Shown here piece by piece: positions 18,974 to 27,238 of a DNA stretch of 64,000 bases. Every line of letters starts with the position of its first letter. Within the stretch, counting starts at the first letter, position 1. Under the pieces are notes generated by a model, which saw only the letters and a list, made by a program, of their open reading frames with translations, was not told where the DNA came from and ran no database searches. This DNA comes from an uncultured Alphaproteobacteria bacterium (GTDB lineage Bacteria; Pseudomonadota; Alphaproteobacteria; Micavibrionales; UBA9664): NCBI GenBank assembly GCA_964010795.1, contig CAXGMH010000001.1, forward strand, positions 8,003-72,002. The letters are read 5' to 3'. The position numbers and the translations under genes were made by a program.

Positions 18974-19969
18974 ATGAGTACGACGGACAACACACAGTTC
19001 GGAAAATCCGAACCTTCAGGCGGGCTGAAAGCAGAAGATAACGGCGTAAGGTTATCTTCTATCAATTTCTTTGGCGGACAAAAAAACCACGGTGCAACCG
19101 AAACAAATATGCTCATGCCGTTTCTCTCCTCCGAGCTGATCGGTGGTTCCGTCCCTTACGTCCCCGGATCAGAAGACGAAGCCGTCTGGAACGCCGCTTC
19201 ACAGGCCTGCGCCAGCGAGAAAATTCATTACTGCTATACCATTGATGATAATCGCTGTTGGTATCTTGCCATGCCATCCTCGGCACTTGCTTCTCACCCT
19301 GACACATGGTGTCCACTGGCTGCGGCATTACCCGGCAATAGCGAATTCTGGGACAAGGAAACAGTTTATTTATACGAGCAAGAAGGTCTCGCCTCTGCTC
19401 TGAGATGGGATCCTGAGACAGGCCGGATGCAAGTCTATATCGGCCCGGCCAGAACGATCTTACCGCGCATCCAGAGTATGGATGCCAACTTTGTCTCTAT
19501 CAATCCCGAAATGGCAGATATCGTTCCGTGGAGGCAACGCTCCTTAAAAATAGAAGAGCTCTCAAGACAAGTCGGCTGGGGTATTCTGCTCTCTGGATTA
19601 TTGGTATCGATCATCGCTGTTTTATATGTTTTATTTATAAATCTGTCTGCAATTACTCTCAAAGCCGATTTGCAAAAGGCGAAAAGCGATACACGCTCCG
19701 CCACACAGAATTTGATGCAAACCGCAGCGATCACTCTGCAAAATGACTCCATCAGGCACATGGTACGTGTACAAGAACTATTAGATGTCTTGGGCGCAAA
19801 TAACGGTACATTGATCCGTTATCAGGTCAAAGACAGTGGTGGAACCGTAGAATGGGAAGCATTAGTACCACAAGCTTTTTCCCAAGGGGGCGTTCCGGAA
19901 CTACGCGGAGCCGAGGCCTTGCCTGGTCTGGAAAGCGATGGTCGGGTAAGGATACGAGGAACACGATAG
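18974..19969 (+). CDS. Bitopic GspL / PilM-PilN-like assembly protein
   Basis: It has a ~185-aa cytoplasmic N-domain, a single TM (VGWGILLSGLLVSIIAVLYVLFINL), a short coiled coil and a ~90-aa periplasmic C-domain. Its position in the cluster fits this call. The start is uncertain. Confidence 0.55.
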   Translation: MSTTDNTQFGKSEPSGGLKAEDNGVRLSSINFFGGQKNHGATETNMLMPFLSSELIGGSVPYVPGSEDEAVWNAASQACASEKIHYCYTIDDNRCWYLAMPSSALASHPDTWCPLAAALPGNSEFWDKETVYLYEQEGLASALRWDPETGRMQVYIGPARTILPRIQSMDANFVSINPEMADIVPWRQRSLKIEELSRQVGWGILLSGLLVSIIAVLYVLFINLSAITLKADLQKAKSDTRSATQNLMQTAAITLQNDSIRHMVRVQELLDVLGANNGTLIRYQVKDSGGTVEWEALVPQAFSQGGVPELRGAEALPGLESDGRVRIRGTR

Positions 19970-20109
19970 AAAATACGGCAAGAATAAGGCAGGGCTTGCG
20001 CAAATGTGGCGAATTCGCCATACTTTAACATGATCTTAATACTCCAGAGGATATACTGGAAATAATGTGACTAATTTCAGGGGCCTTCTAAAGGGCAGTA
20101 ACGTAAGAG

Positions 20110-20676
20110 ATGAAACAAAGTTTTGACACAAAACAGATTATGATCTGGTACAAGAAGCTAACGCATCCGCAAGCGTCTAATGACCTGATCGCCTTTTTAC
20201 AAGACCTGCCTAATAAAATCGGGACGGCCATACTTGCCATTGGCGGCATCGCCTGGGGCGTAGCGCTTGCCATTGTTATGTATGCTTCGGTTCAGTCGCA
20301 ACAAATCGCAAGCTTGAAAAGTGAAATTGCAAACACAAGAGGGCTAACCCCTCCTGTACCGAAAGTCACAAAAGTAAAAGTAGAAAAGGAAGAATTGGAG
20401 AAATTTATTGAAAAAGCAAAGAGTCAGTACTCTGATATGGGCGTGACGTTTTCTTTGCAAAATGATAAAATCCAAATCAAGGGTGATTCTGGGCGTCGTT
20501 ATGGAGTCTTTAGAGAGGCAGTCGGCCACCTTCAAAATGGAGGATCAGGCTGGCAGGTTTCTGTAGAGTCACTATGCGTGGGTCGAGAGTGCAAAAACAT
20601 ACAAGGGGGGGGAAACGCTTTTTTGTATGGTTCATTTGGTATTTCACGCGTGCGTGTTGAAATGCCTAAACTTTAA
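20110..20676 (+). CDS. Bitopic GspM / PilO-like assembly protein
   Basis: 188 aa with a short cytoplasmic N-terminus, one TM (IGTAILAIGGIAWGVALAIVMYASV), a helix and a small periplasmic domain. The call rests on topology and gene context only. Confidence 0.5.
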   Translation: MKQSFDTKQIMIWYKKLTHPQASNDLIAFLQDLPNKIGTAILAIGGIAWGVALAIVMYASVQSQQIASLKSEIANTRGLTPPVPKVTKVKVEKEELEKFIEKAKSQYSDMGVTFSLQNDKIQIKGDSGRRYGVFREAVGHLQNGGSGWQVSVESLCVGRECKNIQGGGNAFLYGSFGISRVRVEMPKL

Positions 20677-20706
20677 TGTCAATGCTTAAACAATAGGAGT
20701 GGAGCA

Positions 20707-21426
20707 ATGAAAATGACATCTTTTAAAAAACAGCAGGGGAATGTTTTATTCCTTATCCTGCTGGCTGTCGCGCTTTTCGCGGCACTATCTTACGCTGTAA
20801 CACAGTCCAGCCGTTCCGGTGGTTCTGATGCATCCAGCGAAACAGATGCTGTAAACGCAGCCTCTATCACACAGTACCCAACAGGCGTAAGAACAGCTAT
20901 TTTGCGTTTGACTGTTGACGGTACACAAGTTCAGTCTATTGAGTTCAACGACTCAGCTAACTTGGGTGACTGTTCAAGCTCAGGCGCATTGTGTGTGTTC
21001 CACCCATCAGGTGGCGGCGCATCTCACCAGCAAGCACCAGCAGCAGCTATGGCTAATGGCACCCCAGGTGACTGGACGTACAACATGGAATTCGAAATTC
21101 CACAAATCGGCACAACAACAGCTGACTCTTTGGCCGGCAATGAGCTGATCGCTTTCCTCGAAGGCGTGACATACTCTATGTGTAAAGAGCTCAACAAGCG
21201 CTATGAAGTCAATTCAGGTTCTAACTATGACCCCGTATTGTTCGGCTCTACTGTTACAGCAACAGTTGGCGTTAACCGCGATGATGCAACAGCACCAACC
21301 GGCGCTGATGTTGACTTCCCGGCTGGTTTGACTGGCGAGCCATATGGTTGCTTCGAAGACACAGACACAGCGTCTACAACTCAAGCTGGTAACTACGTTT
21401 ACTACCACACATTGGTTGAGAGATAA
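20707..21426 (+). CDS. Pilin/pseudopilin-like protein, probably the major subunit, lacking Glu5
   Basis: There is an AGGAG RBS. The N-terminus MKMTSFKKQQG|NVLFLILLAVALFAALSYAV resembles a class III signal (basic leader, Gly, ~20 hydrophobic residues), but position +5 is Leu. The protein has 4 Cys. A strong terminator follows. Confidence 0.65.
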   Translation: MKMTSFKKQQGNVLFLILLAVALFAALSYAVTQSSRSGGSDASSETDAVNAASITQYPTGVRTAILRLTVDGTQVQSIEFNDSANLGDCSSSGALCVFHPSGGGASHQQAPAAAMANGTPGDWTYNMEFEIPQIGTTTADSLAGNELIAFLEGVTYSMCKELNKRYEVNSGSNYDPVLFGSTVTATVGVNRDDATAPTGADVDFPAGLTGEPYGCFEDTDTASTTQAGNYVYYHTLVER

Positions 21427-21451
21427 GATATCTGTAATCTAAGATTTATTG

Positions 21452-21481
21452 AAACCGCCACTTTGTGTGGCGGTTTTTTTA
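21452..21481 (+). terminator. Rho-independent terminator after the pilin-like gene
   Basis: The sequence aaaccgccac-tttgt-gtggcggttt forms a 10-bp stem, followed by a T7 run. Confidence 0.85.
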
Positions 21482-21490
21482 TTGTATAAT
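21463..21490 (+). promoter_or_regulatory. Putative sigma70-type promoter for the second pilin-like gene
   Basis: A perfect TATAAT lies at 21485-21490. TTGTGT lies 16 nt upstream, inside the terminator hairpin. Confidence 0.35.
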
Positions 21491-21518
21491 CCTCTCAATT
21501 ATTACCTAGGAGACTTTC

Positions 21519-22178
21519 ATGAAAACAAGACGCGGTTCTGCCCTGATTTACATCCTTATTGCTATCGCACTTATGGGGGCTCTCACAGTGACATTCATGA
21601 ACTCCGATTCGCAACAAGCAAGGACTCAAAACTCCTTTCAACTGGCAACAACCATTCAAAGCCAAATACAGTATATACGCTCCGCGATTGAGGGCTGTGT
21701 CCTGACCTACCCTAAAGGTGATAACAGTATCGCAAGCGGAACAGACCCTGATTACATTGCTCCCTATCCGGTCAATCCCGCATCCGCACACTTCACCAGC
21801 TCAACTCTGGGTGCAGAAAGCGATAACGCCGTCAGAGGCATTCGTTGTCCCGGCAACGGTACAGGAAACGACCACGCCCCCATCTTTCAGGGAGGTACGG
21901 GATGGAACCTGCCGGCAACACCGCCCCTGATGGAACCATGGCTTTATTTCAACGGCAGCAAGACAGTCGATGACACAACTTATAACGGCATTTATATCCT
22001 GCTTAGCTCTGACCGTACAGACCCCTTTATCAGCGAAGCCTTTGATAAAGTAGACGACAAATTCTCCGCGTGCGAGGTTGAAGTTCTGGACAATACAGAT
22101 GACGAATGCGCGGCCATCGGAGCAAGCTATCAATGCCTGCGCTATTGGGTAATCCGCAAAGCACCGAGCTGCTCTTAA
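21519..22178 (+). CDS. Second pilin/pseudopilin-like protein lacking Glu5
   Basis: There is a TAGGAG RBS. The N-terminus MKTRRG|SALIYILIAIALMGALTVTFM parallels the QRGFTLIELL pseudopilin pattern, with Tyr at +5. The protein is Cys-rich and 219 aa long. Confidence 0.65.
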   Translation: MKTRRGSALIYILIAIALMGALTVTFMNSDSQQARTQNSFQLATTIQSQIQYIRSAIEGCVLTYPKGDNSIASGTDPDYIAPYPVNPASAHFTSSTLGAESDNAVRGIRCPGNGTGNDHAPIFQGGTGWNLPATPPLMEPWLYFNGSKTVDDTTYNGIYILLSSDRTDPFISEAFDKVDDKFSACEVEVLDNTDDECAAIGASYQCLRYWVIRKAPSCS

Positions 22179-22279
22179 AACTTTGCGGCAAATGAACAGT
22201 TTTTTGTTGCTTTTGCCGTTATGATTGGGCATAGTCCCGTTTTCGAAGAGATAACTTATAAAAGTAAAGAGATTTAACT

Positions 22280-22462
22280 ATGGCAAAACCTAAATATCAG
22301 AAAGTGATGCTTGAAAGCGAAGCTGGCACTGGATACCGCTATTACGTTCGCATCAACCCGACATCTCAAACAGAGAAAATGCGCCTGCGCAAATATGACC
22401 CAATCGCGCGCAAACACGTTCATTTCTCTCAAAAGAAATTGCCAAACCCAAAGAAAAACTAG
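22280..22462 (+). CDS. rpmG: 50S ribosomal protein L33
   Basis: 60 aa: MAKPKYQKVMLESEAGTGYRYYVRINP...KMRLRKYDPIARKHVHF. Confidence 0.95.
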   Translation: MAKPKYQKVMLESEAGTGYRYYVRINPTSQTEKMRLRKYDPIARKHVHFSQKKLPNPKKN

Positions 22463-22486
22463 ACTTTGACATTCATTACAAAAAAT

Positions 22487-22517
22487 TAAAAAGAGGCTCA
22501 AAGGCCTCTTTTTTTTA
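22487..22517. terminator. Bidirectional terminator between rpmG and pleD
   Basis: The hairpin aaaaagaggc-tcaaa-gcctctttttttt is flanked by an A-run and a T-run. Confidence 0.8.
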
Positions 22518-22560
22518 TTCCAATATAGCTATGAAATTTTATAGACCTTAAGAGCAGGTA

Positions 22561-24009
22561 TTAAGCGTTGGCTTCCTTATCTTCGGCTGTCGGACGCTCA
22601 ACAGGTGTAAATGCGGCTGCATCCACCTTACCCTCACCTTCAAAGATCGTACAGTTACGCCCCTCTTCCTTAGCCTTATAAAGAAGGTCGTCCGCGCGCT
22701 TCAATGCCTCTTCGCTATCCGTAACAGCCTCTTGATGGATAAAGGCACCACCAATGGATGTAGTCACAGATAACTCACCCTCGTCATTACTGACGCTAAA
22801 GGGCTTATCGGCAATCGCGTGGCGCAAACGTTCACAAATCGCCATAGCACGCTCTTTGGTTACATCCGGTAAAATAACCACGAACTCTTCACCGCCCAAA
22901 CGCGCGACAAGGTCAAAACTCCTCAGGGATTCATGAATACGGCTTCCGAACTCTTTTAGGACTTCATCTCCAACATTGTGGCCGTGGGTATCATTGACCT
23001 TCTTGAAGAAATCGATATCAAGCAAAAGCACAGCCATCGGCTTTTTCGTCTCAAAGCGGCGCTTCAACAGCTTCTCCATGTGAACCATCAAATAACGACG
23101 GTTATAAAGACCTGTGAGCGGGTCAGTCAGAGCCATGGACAGGCTGGTCTCGTAATTGTCACGCAGGCGCTCCTGAAAGCGCTTGCGGCGAATTTGCGAT
23201 CTTGCGCGCGCCAAAAGCTCGTTACGGTCTACAGGGCGCAGAATATAATCATGGGCACCGATCTCCAGACCATTGGCAATGCGCTCCATATCTTCTTCAT
23301 TAGCAACCATCAAAATAGGAACGGCGCGGGTTTTCTCATTCGACTTCAAATGCGAAACAAGACGAAGACCGTCTTCTTCCATCATATTAAGCGAAATCAT
23401 AATCATATCAAATTGATTAGCGGCACAAGCCTCCATGGCCTTCATGCCGTTCTCAGCCGCTACGACCTCATGATGGTCGCGTTGCAATGTCTCAACAAAT
23501 TTATCGGACTCAAAATTCTGATCCTCGACCACAAGGATATTGGCCGCAGTCGCCTTTTCATTCGCAGAGATAGCATCATCACCGGAAACCCCCAGCGTAT
23601 TCGCTGTGTTCTCACGAACTTTCCACTCATCGACCGTCATCTTAAGACGAACCAAAGAGCGCACACGCGCCATCAATGCCACGTCATTAACAGGTTTTGA
23701 CAAGAAATCATCTGCCCCGGCCTCAAGCCCTTTCACACGGTCAGTAGCATCGGTCAAGGCCGTTACCATCACGACGGGAATATGGCTCACACGCGGGTCT
23801 GCCTTGATACGCTTGCACACTTCAAAACCATCCATACCCGGCATCATAACATCCAACAAAACGATATCGGGGCCGTCATTGGCAATTTTCTCCAAAGCTT
23901 CCTCACCGCTTGTCGCGGTAATCACATCATAATAAGCCGTACTTAGCTTAGCCTCTAAAAGCTTTACATTGGGTAGAATATCATCGACGACCAAAACGCG
24001 CGCAGACAT
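22561..24009 (-). CDS. pleD: Response-regulator diguanylate cyclase PleD (REC-REC-GGDEF)
   Basis: It has two receiver domains (VLVVDDILPN...DVMMPGMDG and a second, degenerate one) plus a GGDEF domain with a GGEEF active site and an RxxD-type region. It lies directly downstream of divK. Confidence 0.92.
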   Translation of the reverse strand: MSARVLVVDDILPNVKLLEAKLSTAYYDVITATSGEEALEKIANDGPDIVLLDVMMPGMDGFEVCKRIKADPRVSHIPVVMVTALTDATDRVKGLEAGADDFLSKPVNDVALMARVRSLVRLKMTVDEWKVRENTANTLGVSGDDAISANEKATAANILVVEDQNFESDKFVETLQRDHHEVVAAENGMKAMEACAANQFDMIMISLNMMEEDGLRLVSHLKSNEKTRAVPILMVANEEDMERIANGLEIGAHDYILRPVDRNELLARARSQIRRKRFQERLRDNYETSLSMALTDPLTGLYNRRYLMVHMEKLLKRRFETKKPMAVLLLDIDFFKKVNDTHGHNVGDEVLKEFGSRIHESLRSFDLVARLGGEEFVVILPDVTKERAMAICERLRHAIADKPFSVSNDEGELSVTTSIGGAFIHQEAVTDSEEALKRADDLLYKAKEEGRNCTIFEGEGKVDAAAFTPVERPTAEDKEANA

Positions 24010-24026
24010 AAGAACTTCCTTTGTAT

Positions 24027-24431
24027 TTAATCGTCACGATTTTGCCCATGAGGGACGATCGGTGTTAATGTGACATATTGGCTAATTGTATCGATAAACG
24101 TCATAACATCAATGGGTTTTGAAATATAATCCTCGCAACCACCCTTGCGGATCTTATCTTCATCACCCTTCATCGCAAAGGCTGTGACAGCGATTACGGG
24201 GATATCGGCAATCTCTGGATCATCTTTAATCCACTTTGTGACCTCTAGGCCGGAAATTTCAGGCAGCTGAATATCCATCAAAATAAGGTCGGGGCGGGTC
24301 TCTTTAGCACGATCAACGACATCCATACCATTGCGTACTTGAACCGTCTGAACGCCATGCGCCTCTAACAAATCGTGAAAGAGTTTCATGTTCAGCTCAT
24401 TATCTTCAACAACCATGACTGTTTGTGTCAT
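24027..24431 (-). CDS. divK: Cell-cycle single-domain response regulator DivK
   Basis: [26 protein letters not shown]...[21 protein letters not shown]...[13 protein letters not shown]...YISKPI. The ATG at 24431 overlaps the upstream stop (TAATG). Confidence 0.92.
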   Translation of the reverse strand: MTQTVMVVEDNELNMKLFHDLLEAHGVQTVQVRNGMDVVDRAKETRPDLILMDIQLPEISGLEVTKWIKDDPEIADIPVIAVTAFAMKGDEDKIRKGGCEDYISKPIDVMTFIDTISQYVTLTPIVPHGQNRDD

Positions 24432-25426
24432 TATTGCCCCTCCTCTGTTATTTCGCTCCCGCAATCAGGCCAGTCCAAAGCTTCAACGGCTTTTAATGAC
24501 TGTCTCACTGAGAAATCAGAATACTCAACCACCATATCGGAAACAAGGTTGTTTTCCAGCAAGGTAAAGCTCATCTCGTAATCCGGCTGCTCCATCCGCC
24601 CTGCATTATCAAAAAAGGCCATGCGCAGCCTGTGCCCGGGGCTGGACAGCAGGCTCTCCGCCTCTTCGCCTATAATCTCATGCCCTTCCGCAAGATTTGC
24701 GCGCAGCGCTTCCTCTGAAACTGGATCACCGATAAATGTATTAATCTCATAGGCAAGCGTTTCGTCACTACCGTCAAAAACAAGATCATTCACAAAACGC
24801 TGGCCGTCTTTAATATTGCGCATAATGCCGAGACTATGATCGACAGGAAACAACGTATTTGCCGGCAATAATTCAGTGCGGGGCTCTGGTTTTTGAAACT
24901 CAACCCTTACTGCGTCACTTTCGCCTTTAAGGACAACACCTTGAGCTGCCTCAATAACTTGCCCCTCACGACCACGGTGAGAGAGGAACGTCATCTCGGT
25001 TCCGTCATAGCGCTCAAAGGTTGAGAAGTCACTTTTGGCCGCGAAAGAAATACCATCGGCATATTGGTAATCAAGCTTAAAATGATGGTTGGTCACCCAG
25101 CCATCGCAAGCAGGGCGCAGCTCATACAACATTTGACCGCTTATATCGAGAATCTGTGAGCCGTTCTTTGCCGACACCAATTCAATATCATATAACGCCT
25201 TATGCGGCCTGACAGCCTTAACGACCTCAGCCGTTTCAGCATCAATCGCCTCAACCAGTTCTTTCGGTAAATAATCAGGAAGAACAACCTCGGACATCGC
25301 CGCAACAACTTTATCCTCCCCTATGCCATCAACCCCGCTTTCGACCGGTTCACATCCCAATAGCATGACACAGCCGAGCAAAACGGCAACAGAAGAGCGC
25401 AAGCTGAGTTTGGTTTGAATCATCAT
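24431..25426 (-). CDS. DUF1849/EipB-like periplasmic (lipo)protein
   Basis: The signal/lipobox is [25 protein letters not shown]. The body contains [25 protein letters not shown], which is typical of the alphaproteobacterial EipB family. The exact start is uncertain, and the ORF extends to 25528. Confidence 0.7.
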   Translation of the reverse strand: MMIQTKLSLRSSVAVLLGCVMLLGCEPVESGVDGIGEDKVVAAMSEVVLPDYLPKELVEAIDAETAEVVKAVRPHKALYDIELVSAKNGSQILDISGQMLYELRPACDGWVTNHHFKLDYQYADGISFAAKSDFSTFERYDGTEMTFLSHRGREGQVIEAAQGVVLKGESDAVRVEFQKPEPRTELLPANTLFPVDHSLGIMRNIKDGQRFVNDLVFDGSDETLAYEINTFIGDPVSEEALRANLAEGHEIIGEEAESLLSSPGHRLRMAFFDNAGRMEQPDYEMSFTLLENNLVSDMVVEYSDFSVRQSLKAVEALDWPDCGSEITEEGQ

Positions 25427-25844
25427 GAAAATTATCATAAAGCATTCCATAAGCCATGACCATGCAAACTTTACCGCATCGGCATAAATGAAGTGGGCAT
25501 TTTTTACCCACCCGCACACGAGGGGCAAGGCAAGAGAGGCAAGAAAATCCTTCTATATCAAGGCGCTATCAAGACACCCACAAAAACAACCTTAAATATT
25601 GTGACGCGCCAAAACTGGCACGCTTCTCGCAACTGTATAATCGAAATAACAATAATGAGGTTACCCCAACTCAAGATAAACATTTTTAAAATTACAAGAT
25701 TACAGTGGTAAGCCCTGGACTGCCTTTGATGACCCTACATCTCTTACCCTACATCATATGTCTATGGCGCACTGTTTTCACCTGTCGTACCTCCTCGCCC
25801 TAACCGTGAACCCCAAAACCCTAGTGCGACAGGATACACCAAGG

Positions 25845-25889
25845 ACCCGGGATCGCTCTTACCCCTTCGACCCCGGGTTTCTTTTTGTC
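25845..25889 (+). terminator. Orphan rho-independent terminator-like hairpin in the eipB-ndk intergenic region
   Basis: acccggg (25845-51) pairs with cccgggt (25872-78) and is followed by tttctttttgt. No plus-strand CDS lies upstream. Confidence 0.5.
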
Positions 25890-25971
25890 TTGAGTTCTTG
25901 CATTTCAGGGTTGATCCGCCTGTAGAGCTTCGCTATAAGCACATACAACTTTTAAAGATTAAGGAGTGACC

Positions 25972-26394
25972 ATGGCGGTACAAAGAACATTTTCTATTAT
26001 TAAACCTGACGCGACAAAGCGTAACCTTACAGGTGCAATCAACGCAAAATTCGAAGAAGCAGGCCTGCGCATCATCGCACAGCGCCGCATTCAAATGACC
26101 CGTGCTCAAGCAGAGCGTTTCTATGATGTACACAAAGAGCGGCCATTCTATGGCGAGCTTGTTGACTTCATGATTTCTGAACCGGTTGTCGTACAAGTTC
26201 TCGAAGGCGAAGACGCCGTTGCTAAAAACCGCGAAGTTATGGGCGCAACAAACCCAGAAGAAGCCGCAGAAGGCACAATCCGCAAGGAATTCGCACTATC
26301 AATCGGCGAAAACTCTGTTCACGGCTCAGACTCTGCTGAAAATGCCGAGATCGAAATCGCTCAGTTCTTCTCTGAAAGCGACATCGCAGGTTAA
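25972..26394 (+). CDS. ndk: Nucleoside diphosphate kinase
   Basis: There is an AAGGAG RBS 5 nt before the ATG at 25972. The sequence reads [14 protein letters not shown]...NSVHGSDS, which includes the active-site His. Confidence 0.96.
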   Translation: MAVQRTFSIIKPDATKRNLTGAINAKFEEAGLRIIAQRRIQMTRAQAERFYDVHKERPFYGELVDFMISEPVVVQVLEGEDAVAKNREVMGATNPEEAAEGTIRKEFALSIGENSVHGSDSAENAEIEIAQFFSESDIAG

Positions 26395-26437
26395 GCAACG
26401 CATAAACTGATGCGTTAACACCAAAGATAAAAAATAC

Positions 26438-26470
26438 AAAAAACCCGCCCTAATCTGGCGGGTTTTATTT
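26438..26470. terminator. Bidirectional terminator shared by ndk and the convergent membrane-protein gene
   Basis: The hairpin aaaaacccgcc-ctaatct-ggcgggtttta has a 7-bp stem and flanking A/T runs. Confidence 0.8.
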
Positions 26471-27220
26471 TCTCAAAACTCTCCAAAGAGAACGAAAATC
26501 CTGCTGCAATGCCTTTAAAACTGATATATCTCTATCTTCAGCCGTGCGAGTAAAAATGATAAAATTAACAATCGCCAGCAGAAAATTTGCAGTGAAATAG
26601 AGCGGATCACCTTGATACAGCGTAATCAACGCCGTATAGGCAGAGGCGGCCGAAAACCAGATACGCGGCGCCCCGATATAGCCCTCACTTTTACGCATGC
26701 CGTTCATCAGACTTAAAACCATTCCAATAAAAAAAGAAAACAACGCGCCCAATAAGAGTGCTATATTTTCAATCGAAATACTGGCAATTGCAGCATAGCC
26801 AATTGCAGCATAAAAATCAGGATTACCGATAATATTCGCGCTCACACCTTTGCGCCTAAAATCAGTAAAGCGGGCCTGAACATGGCGCGCCAACAGCATA
26901 TTCGCCGAACCAAAACTTATACCCATCACAACATATGATATATGCTGATATGCAAGATCAAAATTATAAGGGATCAAAGCAAAGCTCAGAGCGATTACCC
27001 AAGAGGCACAGCCAAGCACCAAAAAAGGAAGCTCTGTTCGCAGGCTTTTATCGTGAATAAAAACAGCGGACAAAATTGTTGCGATCAATGCTGCCAATAT
27101 CAAGAGAAACGGCACAGTGTAAATTGAATAAATCAATGCTGTCGCAAGACAAGATAACGTTCCGGGTGCGGTTAATGTATGGAAAAAACGACCGCAAACA
27201 CTTTCCGAATTTGCCACCAT
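26465..27220 (-). CDS. Polytopic inner-membrane protein of unknown function
   Basis: 251 aa with about 7 hydrophobic helices. I recognised no motif. Confidence 0.6.
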   Translation of the reverse strand: MVANSESVCGRFFHTLTAPGTLSCLATALIYSIYTVPFLLILAALIATILSAVFIHDKSLRTELPFLVLGCASWVIALSFALIPYNFDLAYQHISYVVMGISFGSANMLLARHVQARFTDFRRKGVSANIIGNPDFYAAIGYAAIASISIENIALLLGALFSFFIGMVLSLMNGMRKSEGYIGAPRIWFSAASAYTALITLYQGDPLYFTANFLLAIVNFIIFTRTAEDRDISVLKALQQDFRSLWRVLRK

Positions 27221-27238
27221 AACCAGCGCTCTAAATCT

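Noticed and set aside
22978-23700. Long ORFs antisense to, or out of frame with, clearly assigned genes. Examples are 22978..23700 inside pleD, 27412..28005 inside aspS, 36476..36910, 41639..42184, 50479..50976 and 60718..61212.
   Set aside because: They are shadow ORFs within genes that carry strong family motifs. They have a low-complexity, Arg/Ser-rich composition, no RBS and no recognisable domains.
22561-24431. pleD and divK might be regulatory components of the adjacent pilus-like cluster.
   Set aside because: They are on the opposite strand. They are separated from the cluster by rpmG and two terminators. They also form the conserved alphaproteobacterial cell-cycle pair. Proximity alone is not evidence of a functional link.
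25700-25890. The structured region upstream of ndk might be tmRNA, SRP RNA or 6S RNA.
   Set aside because: I could not find the conserved elements of those RNAs (a tRNA-like acceptor/T-arm with a tag ORF, the SRP domain IV GGAA/AGCA motifs, or the 6S central bubble layout). I keep it only as an unclassified sRNA or leader candidate.
26465-27220. The 251-aa polytopic membrane protein might be the missing prepilin peptidase.
   Set aside because: It has no GGGD[VI]K-type or paired catalytic Asp motifs. It lies 4 kb away on the other side of unrelated genes, convergent with ndk.
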